64,000 nt of DNA. It comes from an uncultured Eubacteriales bacterium. GTDB lineage: Bacteria; Acidobacteriota; Aminicenantia; Aminicenantales; Aminicenantaceae. Below the pieces are notes generated by a model, which searched no databases, was not told the DNA's origin, and saw nothing but the letters and a program-made list of their open reading frames with translations. The DNA lies in NCBI GenBank assembly GCA_964624145.1, contig CAZUXT010000004.1, forward strand, positions 31,189 to 95,188. The letters are read 5' to 3'. The position numbers and the translations under genes are program-made. Every line of letters begins with the position of its first letter. The stretch's first letter is position 1. Below, piece by piece: positions 20,273 to 28,866 of this stretch.

Positions 20273-20460
20273 GAAATTCAGGTGTGGCTGAAGCGACATT
20301 GAAGATTTAGCCTTCGGAGTACTGTGTTTGAGGGAACTCGGCTGAGCCGAGCTGTGAGCATGTCTGACCCACGGACGGGGGGAGTTGCGCAACAGCCGAG
20401 AACACAGTACGAAGAATGGCGTTAAAAATCTTTAGCGAGCACAAGCCATATCTGAATTTC
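20273..20460 (+). repeat. 188-bp MITE-like / structured repeat, copy A
   Basis: The 5' end is gaaattcaggtgtgg and the 3' end is ccatatctgaatttc, an imperfect 15-bp terminal inverted repeat. It is about 93-95% identical to the copies at 24313-24500 and 41205-41392. Confidence 0.8.
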
Positions 20461-20629
20461 ACATCGGCTTGCCTTAATGGTAAAAAAATGGCGATTAAGA
20501 TGTAAGTAAGAACAAACAAAATATTTTGAGTTGTCATTTTTGTAGAAAACATGTATATCCTTGAAAGCAAAACAAAAAAATGACCATCGCCATTTTTTTA
20601 TGATTAGTCCAGGTTAATATCAGGAGGTT

Positions 20630-21610
20630 ATGATGAAAAAAATCACTGTTTTTGTTTTGAGTGCGGTGGTGTTGCTTGCACTCCCTTCTCTTGCTCAGGA
20701 ATTCAAATGGTACAAAGGCAACACACACTGTCACACTTTAAACTCGGACGGAGATTCCTATCCGCGGCAGGTCATAAGATGGTACAAAGACCATGGGTAC
20801 AACTTTCTTGTCATATCAGATCATAACTTTATCACTGAAATAAAGTATCTTGATACAGACCCAAACGACGATTTCCTTCTCATTCAGGGAGAAGAGGTCA
20901 CGGATTCCTATAAAGGCACTCCCGTTCACCTCAATGCCCTCAATGCCGTGAAATACATAGAGCCCCAGCACGGGGGTTCCATAACAGAAACCCTGCAGAA
21001 CAATGTCGATGCCATCCTTCTGGCAGGAGCTGTCCCCCAGATAAACCACCCCAATTGGAGGTGGTCTTTTACGGATAAGGAAATGTCCCAGCTCAAAAAC
21101 GTCAAATTATTCGAACTGTTCAATGTCCATCCTGACAGTAATCTGTTTGCGGCCGGAGGCAGACCGGGCATGGAAGACGTCTGGGACGGAATGCTATCCA
21201 GGAGTATCCTGATGTACGGGATCGCATCAGACGATGCCCATCATTTCCTCGGGGAGTTCGCTCCCGCACGATCCAATCCTGGTTCAGGATGGATCATGGT
21301 CAAAGCCAGAGAGCTGAGTACAGAAGCCATCATGAATGCGATCGAACAGGGGGAATTCTATGCCACCCTGGGAGTCCTACTCAAGGACGTATATCATACT
21401 GAGGATAAATACGTAGTTGATGTTGCCCCTTATAAAGATGCGGCCTACACCATTACTTTTATCGGAAAAGACGGCTGCACGCTTCAAGAATCTTACGGTT
21501 CCTATGCCGAATATCTTTTCAAGGGCGATGAGCTTTATGTCAGAGCCAGGATATTCGAATCTTCTGGAAGGATAGCCTGCACTCAACCCGCTTTCCCAAA
21601 TAAGGATTAA
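20630..21610 (+). CDS. Secreted PHP-domain metallohydrolase (CehA/McbA-like)
   Basis: The protein has a signal peptide and the PHP signature HCHTLNSDGD (H-x-H...SDG) near the N-terminus, with further His/Asp ligands (SDHNF, DDAHH). An AGGAGG ribosome-binding site precedes the start. Confidence 0.7.
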   Translation: MMKKITVFVLSAVVLLALPSLAQEFKWYKGNTHCHTLNSDGDSYPRQVIRWYKDHGYNFLVISDHNFITEIKYLDTDPNDDFLLIQGEEVTDSYKGTPVHLNALNAVKYIEPQHGGSITETLQNNVDAILLAGAVPQINHPNWRWSFTDKEMSQLKNVKLFELFNVHPDSNLFAAGGRPGMEDVWDGMLSRSILMYGIASDDAHHFLGEFAPARSNPGSGWIMVKARELSTEAIMNAIEQGEFYATLGVLLKDVYHTEDKYVVDVAPYKDAAYTITFIGKDGCTLQESYGSYAEYLFKGDELYVRARIFESSGRIACTQPAFPNKD

Positions 21611-21625
21611 TCCGGACCGTTCGCG

Positions 21626-23011
21626 ATGGGAAAAATACCGAATGTATTTGTTATCGTTTTCTTGCTGATCATTTTTGCCGCGGCACTCACCTGGGTGCTT
21701 CCAGGCGGAAGTTATGAAAGGAAACAGATCGAAATCAACAACACTCAAAGAACCGTAGTGGTCGAGGGAACGTATGAAAAAAAAGAAGCCAATCCTCAGA
21801 TACTGGAAATATTCACCGCGCCGCTAAAAGGTTTTATCAAATTAGCGGAAATCATTGGTTTCATATTCATCGTGGGAGGCGCTTTTTATATGCTGAATGA
21901 AACAGGAGCCATAAATGCAGGCATCGGAAAGCTGGTGAAGATACTGAAAGGGAAAGAACTCCTGATCATTCCCATTGTGATGGCCGTTTTTTCTCTCTTC
22001 GGAGCTGTTTTCGGGATGTGCGAGGAAGCCATGCCTTTTGTCCTGATCTTCGTCCCTCTGGCCATCAGTCTTGGGTATGATTCTATAGTAGGGATATGCC
22101 TTTCTTTTCTAGCTGCAGGAGTCGGATTTGCCGGGGCATTCATCAATCCTTTTACTCTGCAGATAGCTCAGAAAATATCTGACATAAAACCTGTCTCCGG
22201 ATTGGGATACAGGGTGCTTATATGGCTTGTGGTGACAGCCTTTACCATAGCCTGGGTGATGGTCTATGCCGTGAAAATAAAGAAAAATCCTCAGAAAAGC
22301 ATTATGTATGAGTATGACAAGAAAAGGCGTGAGGAGTTGATAGAGAAGCAGAAATCTGCCAGCCTGTTCACCTGGAGGCATGCAACCTGCCTGATCATTT
22401 TGCTTGCAGGTATCGTGTTCATGATACTGGGGGTCATCCTCTTTAAATGGTATATAAAAGAAATTGCCGGCCTGTTTTTGGCTATGGGGCTTACAAGCGC
22501 GATCATCGCAGGAAAAGGAATGAATGATATTGCCGGTTCCTTCATCAATGGATGCAAGGAAATGGTCTCAGCCGCACTGGTTCTGGGATTCGTGGGGGGA
22601 ATCATCGTTATTCTGGAACAAGGCGGGGTCATGGATACCATTCTCTACAGTATGGCTTCAGCCATATCCAAAGTGCCGGGGATCTTAGCGGCTGACTTTC
22701 AGTATGTCATTCAGATCGTTTTTAATTTCTTTATTCCTTCTGGCTCCACAAAAGCCGCCCTGACTATGCCCATCATGTCCCAGCTTGCCGACCTTTCGGG
22801 CATCACCCGTCAAACAGCGGTGCTGGCCTATCAGTTCGGAGACGGATTCACAAATATGATCATTCCCACATCAGGTGTGACCATAGGGACTTTGGCTATG
22901 GCCAAGATCCCTTATGAAAAATGGTTCAAATGGAATTTTCCCATGCAGGTCTTTTTCTTTATCCTGTCCCTTCTGTTTCTCATCTGGCCGGTTTTGACCC
23001 ACTGGCAGTAA
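21626..23011 (+). CDS. YfcC family transporter (DcuC superfamily)
   Basis: The protein is co-linear with blocks I recall from E. coli YfcC (GMCEEAMPFVLIFVPLAISLGYDSI, MVYAVKIKKNP, FNFFIPSGSTKAALTMP...AYQFGDGFTNMIIPTS). Confidence 0.8.
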   Translation: MGKIPNVFVIVFLLIIFAAALTWVLPGGSYERKQIEINNTQRTVVVEGTYEKKEANPQILEIFTAPLKGFIKLAEIIGFIFIVGGAFYMLNETGAINAGIGKLVKILKGKELLIIPIVMAVFSLFGAVFGMCEEAMPFVLIFVPLAISLGYDSIVGICLSFLAAGVGFAGAFINPFTLQIAQKISDIKPVSGLGYRVLIWLVVTAFTIAWVMVYAVKIKKNPQKSIMYEYDKKRREELIEKQKSASLFTWRHATCLIILLAGIVFMILGVILFKWYIKEIAGLFLAMGLTSAIIAGKGMNDIAGSFINGCKEMVSAALVLGFVGGIIVILEQGGVMDTILYSMASAISKVPGILAADFQYVIQIVFNFFIPSGSTKAALTMPIMSQLADLSGITRQTAVLAYQFGDGFTNMIIPTSGVTIGTLAMAKIPYEKWFKWNFPMQVFFFILSLLFLIWPVLTHWQ

Positions 23012-23052
23012 GGCATCGATTGTACGCTATCTTACCCAAATTCTATCCTTTT

Positions 23053-24186
23053 CTAACTCACAGTTCTTTTCCCGGTTTTTCGGTTCCTGTACTGCTCTTT
23101 TATCCACTCACATGTGGGCTTCATCCCTTCTGCAAAAGAAGTGCGGGGCTCCCAATCAAGATACTTCCGGATCATGGTGTTATCGCTGTTTCTTCCCACA
23201 ACCCCTTTTGGTTTTGAAATATCATATCTGCGCTCGACTTTGATTCCCACTATGTCTTCTATGATATCAATCAATTCATTCACAGAGATCATTTCCTCGG
23301 AGCCTATGTTCAGAGGAGTGGCCGTGGTATTGAGATTGTGCATCAAGCGGAAAATTCCTTCCGTACAGTCATCGATATACATGAAACTTCTTCTTTGTTT
23401 CCCGTCCCCCCAAATCAAGATAAAATCTTCATCCCCTTCCTTGACAGCAATCACTTTACGGGCCAGGGCTGCCGGAGCTTTCTCACGTCCTCCGTCCCAT
23501 GTTCCGTAGGGTCCGTACACATTATGAAACCGCGCAATATGGGTCTCCATCCCCTTTTCAATAAACATCTCCTGGCATTTCTGTTCAGCAATCAATTTTT
23601 CCCATCCGTATCCTCTTTCTGCGTCAGCAGGATAAGCATCACTTTCCTTAAGCCCGGGGACATCATGTTTCTGCTGTAAAGTTGTGTTATAAGCACAGGC
23701 AGAGGACGAGAAAAAATATCTGGTGGCTCCGGCTCTCCAGGAAGCCTCGACCATATTGTCGTTTATTTTGCTGGAGTTAATCAAACAGTCCACTCTGTGG
23801 GTCTCAATAAATCCCATTCCCCCCATATCAGCAGCAAAATTATACACCTCTACAGCCCCCTGCACAAGATCCATGCAGTTTTTATAATCCCTGAGGTCCA
23901 GACAAAGATTGGCAACTCCCTCCGTAGTCTGATACCAATCATAAACCGGCTTGATATCAGCGGCCACAATATTTTGAAACCCTTTGTCCTTGAGGTATCT
24001 CACCATGGCTCCGCCAATAAAACCACCTCCCCCTGCGACCACAATCTTTATATTGGGATTCAATTTTTCTTTGTAAGGCGTTTGAATGAGGTCTTTTTCA
24101 TCAACATGGCCCGGAGCATTGAAATATTCCGGCTCCCATCCGCTTTTTAATTTTCTTTCAACGTCCTCCCTGGTTGCATAAGACAT
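23053..24186 (-). CDS. NAD-dependent epimerase, GDP-mannose 3,5-epimerase (GME) homolog
   Basis: It has a Rossmann GGGGFIGG motif and blocks that track plant GME as I recall it (FAADMGGMGFI, FHNVYGPYGTWDGGREKAPAA, GRNSDNT). The N-terminal extension of about 50 aa is unusual. Confidence 0.8.
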   Translation of the reverse strand: MSYATREDVERKLKSGWEPEYFNAPGHVDEKDLIQTPYKEKLNPNIKIVVAGGGGFIGGAMVRYLKDKGFQNIVAADIKPVYDWYQTTEGVANLCLDLRDYKNCMDLVQGAVEVYNFAADMGGMGFIETHRVDCLINSSKINDNMVEASWRAGATRYFFSSSACAYNTTLQQKHDVPGLKESDAYPADAERGYGWEKLIAEQKCQEMFIEKGMETHIARFHNVYGPYGTWDGGREKAPAALARKVIAVKEGDEDFILIWGDGKQRRSFMYIDDCTEGIFRLMHNLNTTATPLNIGSEEMISVNELIDIIEDIVGIKVERRYDISKPKGVVGRNSDNTMIRKYLDWEPRTSFAEGMKPTCEWIKEQYRNRKTGKRTVS

Positions 24187-24312
24187 GACTTCCTCCTTAT
24201 TTCATTTATTCGTATATAGGACACACTATTTTACAGGTTTTTCTGTATGGAAACACCCTATTTTTTTCAATAGCCTGAATGATGAACATGTCGAGGTTGA
24301 AGAGAGCATACT

Positions 24313-24500
24313 GAAATTCAGGTGTGGACGTAGCGACATTGAAGATTTAGCCTTCGGAGTGCTGTGTTTGAGGGAACTCGGCAAAGCCGAGCTGTGAGCA
24401 TGTCTGACCCACGGACGGGGGGAGTTGCGCAGCAGCTGAGAACACAGTGCGAAGAATGGCGTTAAAAATCTGAAGGGAGCACAGGCCATATCTGAATTTC
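24313..24500 (+). repeat. 188-bp MITE-like / structured repeat, copy B
   Basis: It has the same terminal inverted repeats and 188-bp length as copy A. It lies between two minus-strand genes. Confidence 0.8.
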
Positions 24501-24560
24501 ACATCGGCTTGCCTATAATGAACATCGTCATTTTTTTATGAATAGGTCAGGTTAGGGATA

Positions 24561-25178
24561 CTATCTGTTAACTTTTTCGATCACTCCGCATGAAATCAGG
24601 ACCTCAACGATATCCATGACTTCATGCAGACAGTCATCACTGATGCCGGCTTTGCGTGAGATTTCCTCAAAGGTGCAGGGTTCTTCTGTGGGAAAAGGGA
24701 GATGAAACAGGAAACGTCCCTGGCAGTCTGTTAAGTTGTACCGTCTTTGCCTGCGGGACCGGCCCTTCCCTTGGAAAACATCAACAGCAGAAATCTTCTC
24801 ACCACGGCTCTCTTTAAACAGAGCTCCGGAATTTTTACGCTCTCTTATTCTCCATGCCATCTTAAAGGAATAGGCCGCAGGATCATAGAGCTTATCCAGA
24901 TCAAAGCGTATATTGACTTTTTGTTCCTTAAGAAAATATCTGAAATAAGGCCTTTTTCCCTCTGCGGCCTCCCTTTTATCCAGGATTCCTTCTCTCTCCA
25001 GTCCCTCCAGAAAATCCTGAGCTGTTTTGATATGGATTCCCAAGCGGGCTGCTGCTTCTGACGCGGAAATGTCATTATAAATAACAAGAAGCTTTAAAAA
25101 TTCCTGTGCGTAATCTTTTGCTATAAGAGCGGCCAGGCGGCGGGATTTTTCGAAAGGCGAAATCCTTTTGTTCTCCAT
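24561..25178 (-). CDS. Hypothetical winged-helix DNA-binding protein
   Basis: A 205-aa protein from the ATG (MENKRISP...) that is preceded by GGAGA. It has an HTH-like segment (ISASEAAARLGIHIKTAQDFLEGLEREGIL). The ORF-track upstream extension overlaps the neighbouring gene and is rejected. Confidence 0.45.
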   Translation of the reverse strand: MENKRISPFEKSRRLAALIAKDYAQEFLKLLVIYNDISASEAAARLGIHIKTAQDFLEGLEREGILDKREAAEGKRPYFRYFLKEQKVNIRFDLDKLYDPAAYSFKMAWRIRERKNSGALFKESRGEKISAVDVFQGKGRSRRQRRYNLTDCQGRFLFHLPFPTEEPCTFEEISRKAGISDDCLHEVMDIVEVLISCGVIEKVNR

Positions 25179-25194
25179 CGAATCATTCTCCTGC

Positions 25195-25965
25195 TCAGGT
25201 GGAATTGAGTCTATCCAGGATTTTTCCCGGTGTCCCATCTACATACCACTGTATGAACTGCTTGAACAACCCTCCCAAAGACACGCACAGCTGGTCAAAA
25301 GTCAGCTCTTCTTTGTACTTTCTATAGTCTCGCCGGGCAATCCGGACAGTGACATTTCCTGAATTTTCAAAGGCCACATAGGTTTCGTTATTATAACTTT
25401 TTTTGAATAAAATCATATACAGCCACATATATTCAGGAATGACAAGCACCACTCTATCGGATTCGATGAACGGAAAGACCACCACATATTTTTTAAGATA
25501 CCTGGACAATCCCAGTGCATCCTTCCTTGTAAAATTGGCAGGACCTGTAGGAAAAGGGCGATGGGTGAAGCCGTCTGCGGTTTCTTTCACAGGCTGGGCA
25601 GCCAGTTCCAAAATCTCCTTATAGCGCCAGTTGATTCTTTTTGAAATAAGGACAAAAATAAAAGCAAAAAGAAAGACCGCTGAAAGACCGGCAAAGCAAG
25701 GATGCCAGGGATGGTCAGCAAGCGGCGGGAGAAAAGTCAGACCCCAAAGAAAATACATGCTCACAGGGATCAAATAAATCAAATACCGGGTCCTCAGCAA
25801 TACAAAAAAATGCATCACGGTAAACAGGAATTGTATGGAACCGAACACCCAGTAAAAACCTGGGGGTCCGAAGAATATCCGGGCAAGTGCTACGGCTAAA
25901 AAGAGAACAAGAGTGAATAACCACATGCCAACCTGAACAGGCTTTAGTTTGACTTTCCTTTCCAT
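25195..25965 (-). CDS. Hypothetical integral membrane protein
   Basis: It has 5-6 predicted transmembrane helices and an AAGGAG ribosome-binding site 6 nt upstream of the ATG. It matches no family I can name. Confidence 0.5.
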   Translation of the reverse strand: MERKVKLKPVQVGMWLFTLVLFLAVALARIFFGPPGFYWVFGSIQFLFTVMHFFVLLRTRYLIYLIPVSMYFLWGLTFLPPLADHPWHPCFAGLSAVFLFAFIFVLISKRINWRYKEILELAAQPVKETADGFTHRPFPTGPANFTRKDALGLSRYLKKYVVVFPFIESDRVVLVIPEYMWLYMILFKKSYNNETYVAFENSGNVTVRIARRDYRKYKEELTFDQLCVSLGGLFKQFIQWYVDGTPGKILDRLNST

Positions 25966-26089
25966 TATAGCTCCTTTATTTAATTTTATTAAACTTCATT
26001 TCATTTGAAGTATATCTAAATCATAGTATCTTGTCAAGCATAAAATAAAATTGAAGGGAAAAAAGCAAAAAAGTATGGTGCCCCTGCTT

Positions 26090-27649
26090 TTAGAGGGGGG
26101 ATACTTCAGAGAATTCTATACCCTTGCTCTCAAGGGTTGTCCCCAGAGTTCTTTCCAGAGCAGCCAGGGCAAGGTTATAATCAATAATGGCTCTGATTTC
26201 ATTGTTTATGGCATCTGCCAGATCTCTTTGATACTGAAGCACCGTGTAGTTTGTAGAAAGTCCCACTCTCAGCCTTTTCTCTTCGGCTTTCAGTGTCTTG
26301 TCAGCCAGTTCTTTGGCAGCTTTATACGCCAGGACCCTCTCGTAACTGGACTTAACCATTCGTACAGCGTTTCTTATTTCCAGAAAGGCCTGCTGTTTCT
26401 CATTCTGCAGCCTCAGCTTTGCTTGTTTGAAGTTCATCTTTGCCTGTGCGAACTGAGCCCGGGAAAAAATCGTATTCACTGGAATGGAAAGAATCAATCC
26501 TACAGACCAGTTTTTATAGGCAAAAGAAAACGTATCTTCCAAAGCTTTGGTCGCATTTCCCGGTAATGTCCCTACAACCACATCTGTGAGCGGATTATTA
26601 TCCTGATAAAACAACTTGGTTCCGGAGACGCCGGGGCTCCAGTACCGAGCCTGCAGATCCAGGCCGGGAAGAAGCTGGTTCCTGGCGTATTTTAATTCAA
26701 TATCCCTGCTTTCTATGTCAATCCGGCTTGCTTCAAGGTCAGGCCGGTTCTGTATTCCTATAAGCAGTGCCTCATCAAGTTCTATATCCCTCTCTTTGTA
26801 AGTGGGCCTATCAGAAGGAGTTATCTTTATTTCCTTTATATCCCCATCCCCTGCAAGATTGATAATGGTTTTTAACGCATCCTCATTATTCTTGACCAGA
26901 TACTCGGCCTCTATGATATCAGCTTCTCTGGCTGCGACTTCAGATTCAGCACTCAAAATCTCTATGGGAGCCATCATACCGACTTCCACTTCTCTCTTGT
27001 TTTTCGCCAGGAGATCCCGGGCAAGAGCCAAAGATTGTTTCTTTGCATTAAGGTTTTCTATGCTGTACACATACTCCCAATAAGCGGCCTCAACATCATA
27101 AATCGTCTGTATGAGCGATACTTTAAAATTTGCCTCTGATATTTGAGTGCTTTTATTCGCTACAATGATCTCCCTCCGGTTCACTTTAAATCCAAAATCT
27201 CTTAAAAGAGGCTGGGTCAATGTGAAGGACAAGGTGCTTCCATAGCGGGGATTTATGGTCAGATACTTCGCAGTGGTATCACTTTTGTAAGAATAAATAT
27301 ACGCTGAAAGAGTCCCCCCTGTAGGAAAGAGCTGTTCCAACTGGACTGAGTAATCATTAAAGAGAGAAGTGACCTTGCCTGCGGACTCAATCCAGGAATA
27401 GGAAGGATTATTGGTCTCCTCTGTGCCGTAATTGAGAGAGAGCGAAGGCAAAAATTTCTCTTTGGCAAGGGAAGCTGACATGTCAGCTATTTCCGGATTT
27501 AAGATTTCCACCGCTATACTGAGATTGTTTTCCAGCGCCAAGATTATACAGTCTTCAAGAGCAAGCGACTTTTGATTCTCCTGTCCGCTAAAATTGATTG
27601 TTGAAATAAGAAAAACGGCCATGCCCACGGCTGTTATTTTTTTATTCAT
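26090..27649 (-). CDS. TolC-family outer-membrane efflux protein
   Basis: The protein has a signal peptide (MNKKITAVGMAVFLIST), tandem TolC/OEP repeats with coiled-coil segments, and an AGGAGA ribosome-binding site. It is the last gene of the efflux operon. Confidence 0.85.
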   Translation of the reverse strand: MNKKITAVGMAVFLISTINFSGQENQKSLALEDCIILALENNLSIAVEILNPEIADMSASLAKEKFLPSLSLNYGTEETNNPSYSWIESAGKVTSLFNDYSVQLEQLFPTGGTLSAYIYSYKSDTTAKYLTINPRYGSTLSFTLTQPLLRDFGFKVNRREIIVANKSTQISEANFKVSLIQTIYDVEAAYWEYVYSIENLNAKKQSLALARDLLAKNKREVEVGMMAPIEILSAESEVAAREADIIEAEYLVKNNEDALKTIINLAGDGDIKEIKITPSDRPTYKERDIELDEALLIGIQNRPDLEASRIDIESRDIELKYARNQLLPGLDLQARYWSPGVSGTKLFYQDNNPLTDVVVGTLPGNATKALEDTFSFAYKNWSVGLILSIPVNTIFSRAQFAQAKMNFKQAKLRLQNEKQQAFLEIRNAVRMVKSSYERVLAYKAAKELADKTLKAEEKRLRVGLSTNYTVLQYQRDLADAINNEIRAIIDYNLALAALERTLGTTLESKGIEFSEVSPL

Positions 27650-27674
27650 TTTGAATCTCCTAAAATTCCTCATT

Positions 27675-28343
27675 TTAAAGCTCATCCACTATCCATCCGT
27701 CAAGCAGATTAATGATCCTCCGTCCATAGGCCGCATTTTTTTCTGAATGAGTGACCTGAATGATGGTGGTTCCGGCCTCATTAAGCTCTTTGAGAAGCTT
27801 CATCACATCTTCGCCTTCTTTTGTATTCAAATTACCCGTTGGTTCATCCGCAAGTATTAATTTGGGACTTATGATAACGGCTCTGGCCACCGCGACTTTC
27901 TGCTGCTGCCCTCCTGAAAGCTGGTTCGGAAAAAGATTCTTTTTTCCCACGATATTAAACCGATCCAGCATGTCACATACTTTTCCCTTGCGTTCAGAGC
28001 CTTTTACTTTTTTATAAAGAAGAGGGGTCTCCAGATTCTCATAAACAGTCAGGTCGTCTATAAGATGGTACTGTTGGAATACGAAACCAATATGATTTTT
28101 ATGAAGGTCTGTGAGCTGTTTTTCGGTCATCCTGTGGACCGGTCTGTCATAAAAGTAATACTCCCCCTTTGAGGGCTTATCAAGCATCCCTAAGATATAA
28201 AGAAGGGTTGATTTGCCGGCACCGGAAGGGCCCATTATGGTGATGAACTCACCTTCTTTGACATCAAGGTCTATATTTCGAAGAGCATAGGTCTTGACGA
28301 ACCCGGATGAATAATATTTGTTTATCTTTTTACATTTTATCAT
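27675..28343 (-). CDS. ABC transporter ATP-binding protein (MacB/LolD type), second copy
   Basis: Walker A (GPSGAGKST), signature ([14 protein letters not shown]) and Walker B (ILADEPT) are present. An AAGGAGA ribosome-binding site precedes the start. Confidence 0.9.
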   Translation of the reverse strand: MIKCKKINKYYSSGFVKTYALRNIDLDVKEGEFITIMGPSGAGKSTLLYILGMLDKPSKGEYYFYDRPVHRMTEKQLTDLHKNHIGFVFQQYHLIDDLTVYENLETPLLYKKVKGSERKGKVCDMLDRFNIVGKKNLFPNQLSGGQQQKVAVARAVIISPKLILADEPTGNLNTKEGEDVMKLLKELNEAGTTIIQVTHSEKNAAYGRRIINLLDGWIVDEL

Positions 28344-28384
28344 TCCCGTCTCCTTTTCTTTTCAATAAATCCTGCCATGTCCCT

Positions 28385-28660
28385 TTACTTTTTTTTCAAT
28401 TCTCCCTTTCTTCTGAACATAATAGGGATATTCGCATCCGTCGGCATGCCAATTTCAATAAGCTTCCAGTCTTTATTGTATTCCTTAATAACGCGTTTTA
28501 TCACATCAACCTTATCCACACTGTCACCATTATGGTCTTCCCAGTCTATGATCTCGACTTTGTAGTGCAGTGTTCTTTTTTTTCCGTTTATTTTCACTTC
28601 TATATCAATATTCTGTTCGGCTCCTAATGTTGGTATTTGAAGCACGACTTCTCTCATCAT
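28385..28660 (-). CDS. Hypothetical small protein (91 aa) inside the efflux operon
   Basis: A strong Shine-Dalgarno site (GAGGAGA) lies 4 nt upstream of ATGATG. The protein has no transmembrane helix and is Lys/Asp-rich. I cannot assign a family. Confidence 0.5.
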   Translation of the reverse strand: MMREVVLQIPTLGAEQNIDIEVKINGKKRTLHYKVEIIDWEDHNGDSVDKVDVIKRVIKEYNKDWKLIEIGMPTDANIPIMFRRKGELKKK

Positions 28661-28866
28661 ACACTCTCCTCAAATGTTATTTTAAAACAATCGCTTGTCC
28701 ACGCTTATTTAATAAGCAAAAAATATGCCATTCTCTCTTCTTGAGGAATAAATTTAAACTTATGTTTTTTTTTGTAAAAACTGTCCGTTATTGAACATCT
28801 TCTGTCCTGACAGCGGACACTTATTTAAATCAATGAAAAGCTGTCTCCTATATAAAGACACCCGGG

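Noticed and set aside
20192-20570. Minus-strand ORFs of 66-87 aa overlapping the 188-bp repeats (also 24226-24489 and 41239-41433), giving similar peptides
   Set aside because: The similarity is at the DNA level. The open frame differs between copies, with frame 1 open in copies A and B and frame 2 open in copy C. There is no conserved start or ribosome-binding site, and substitutions are not concentrated at synonymous positions. They are treated as non-coding.
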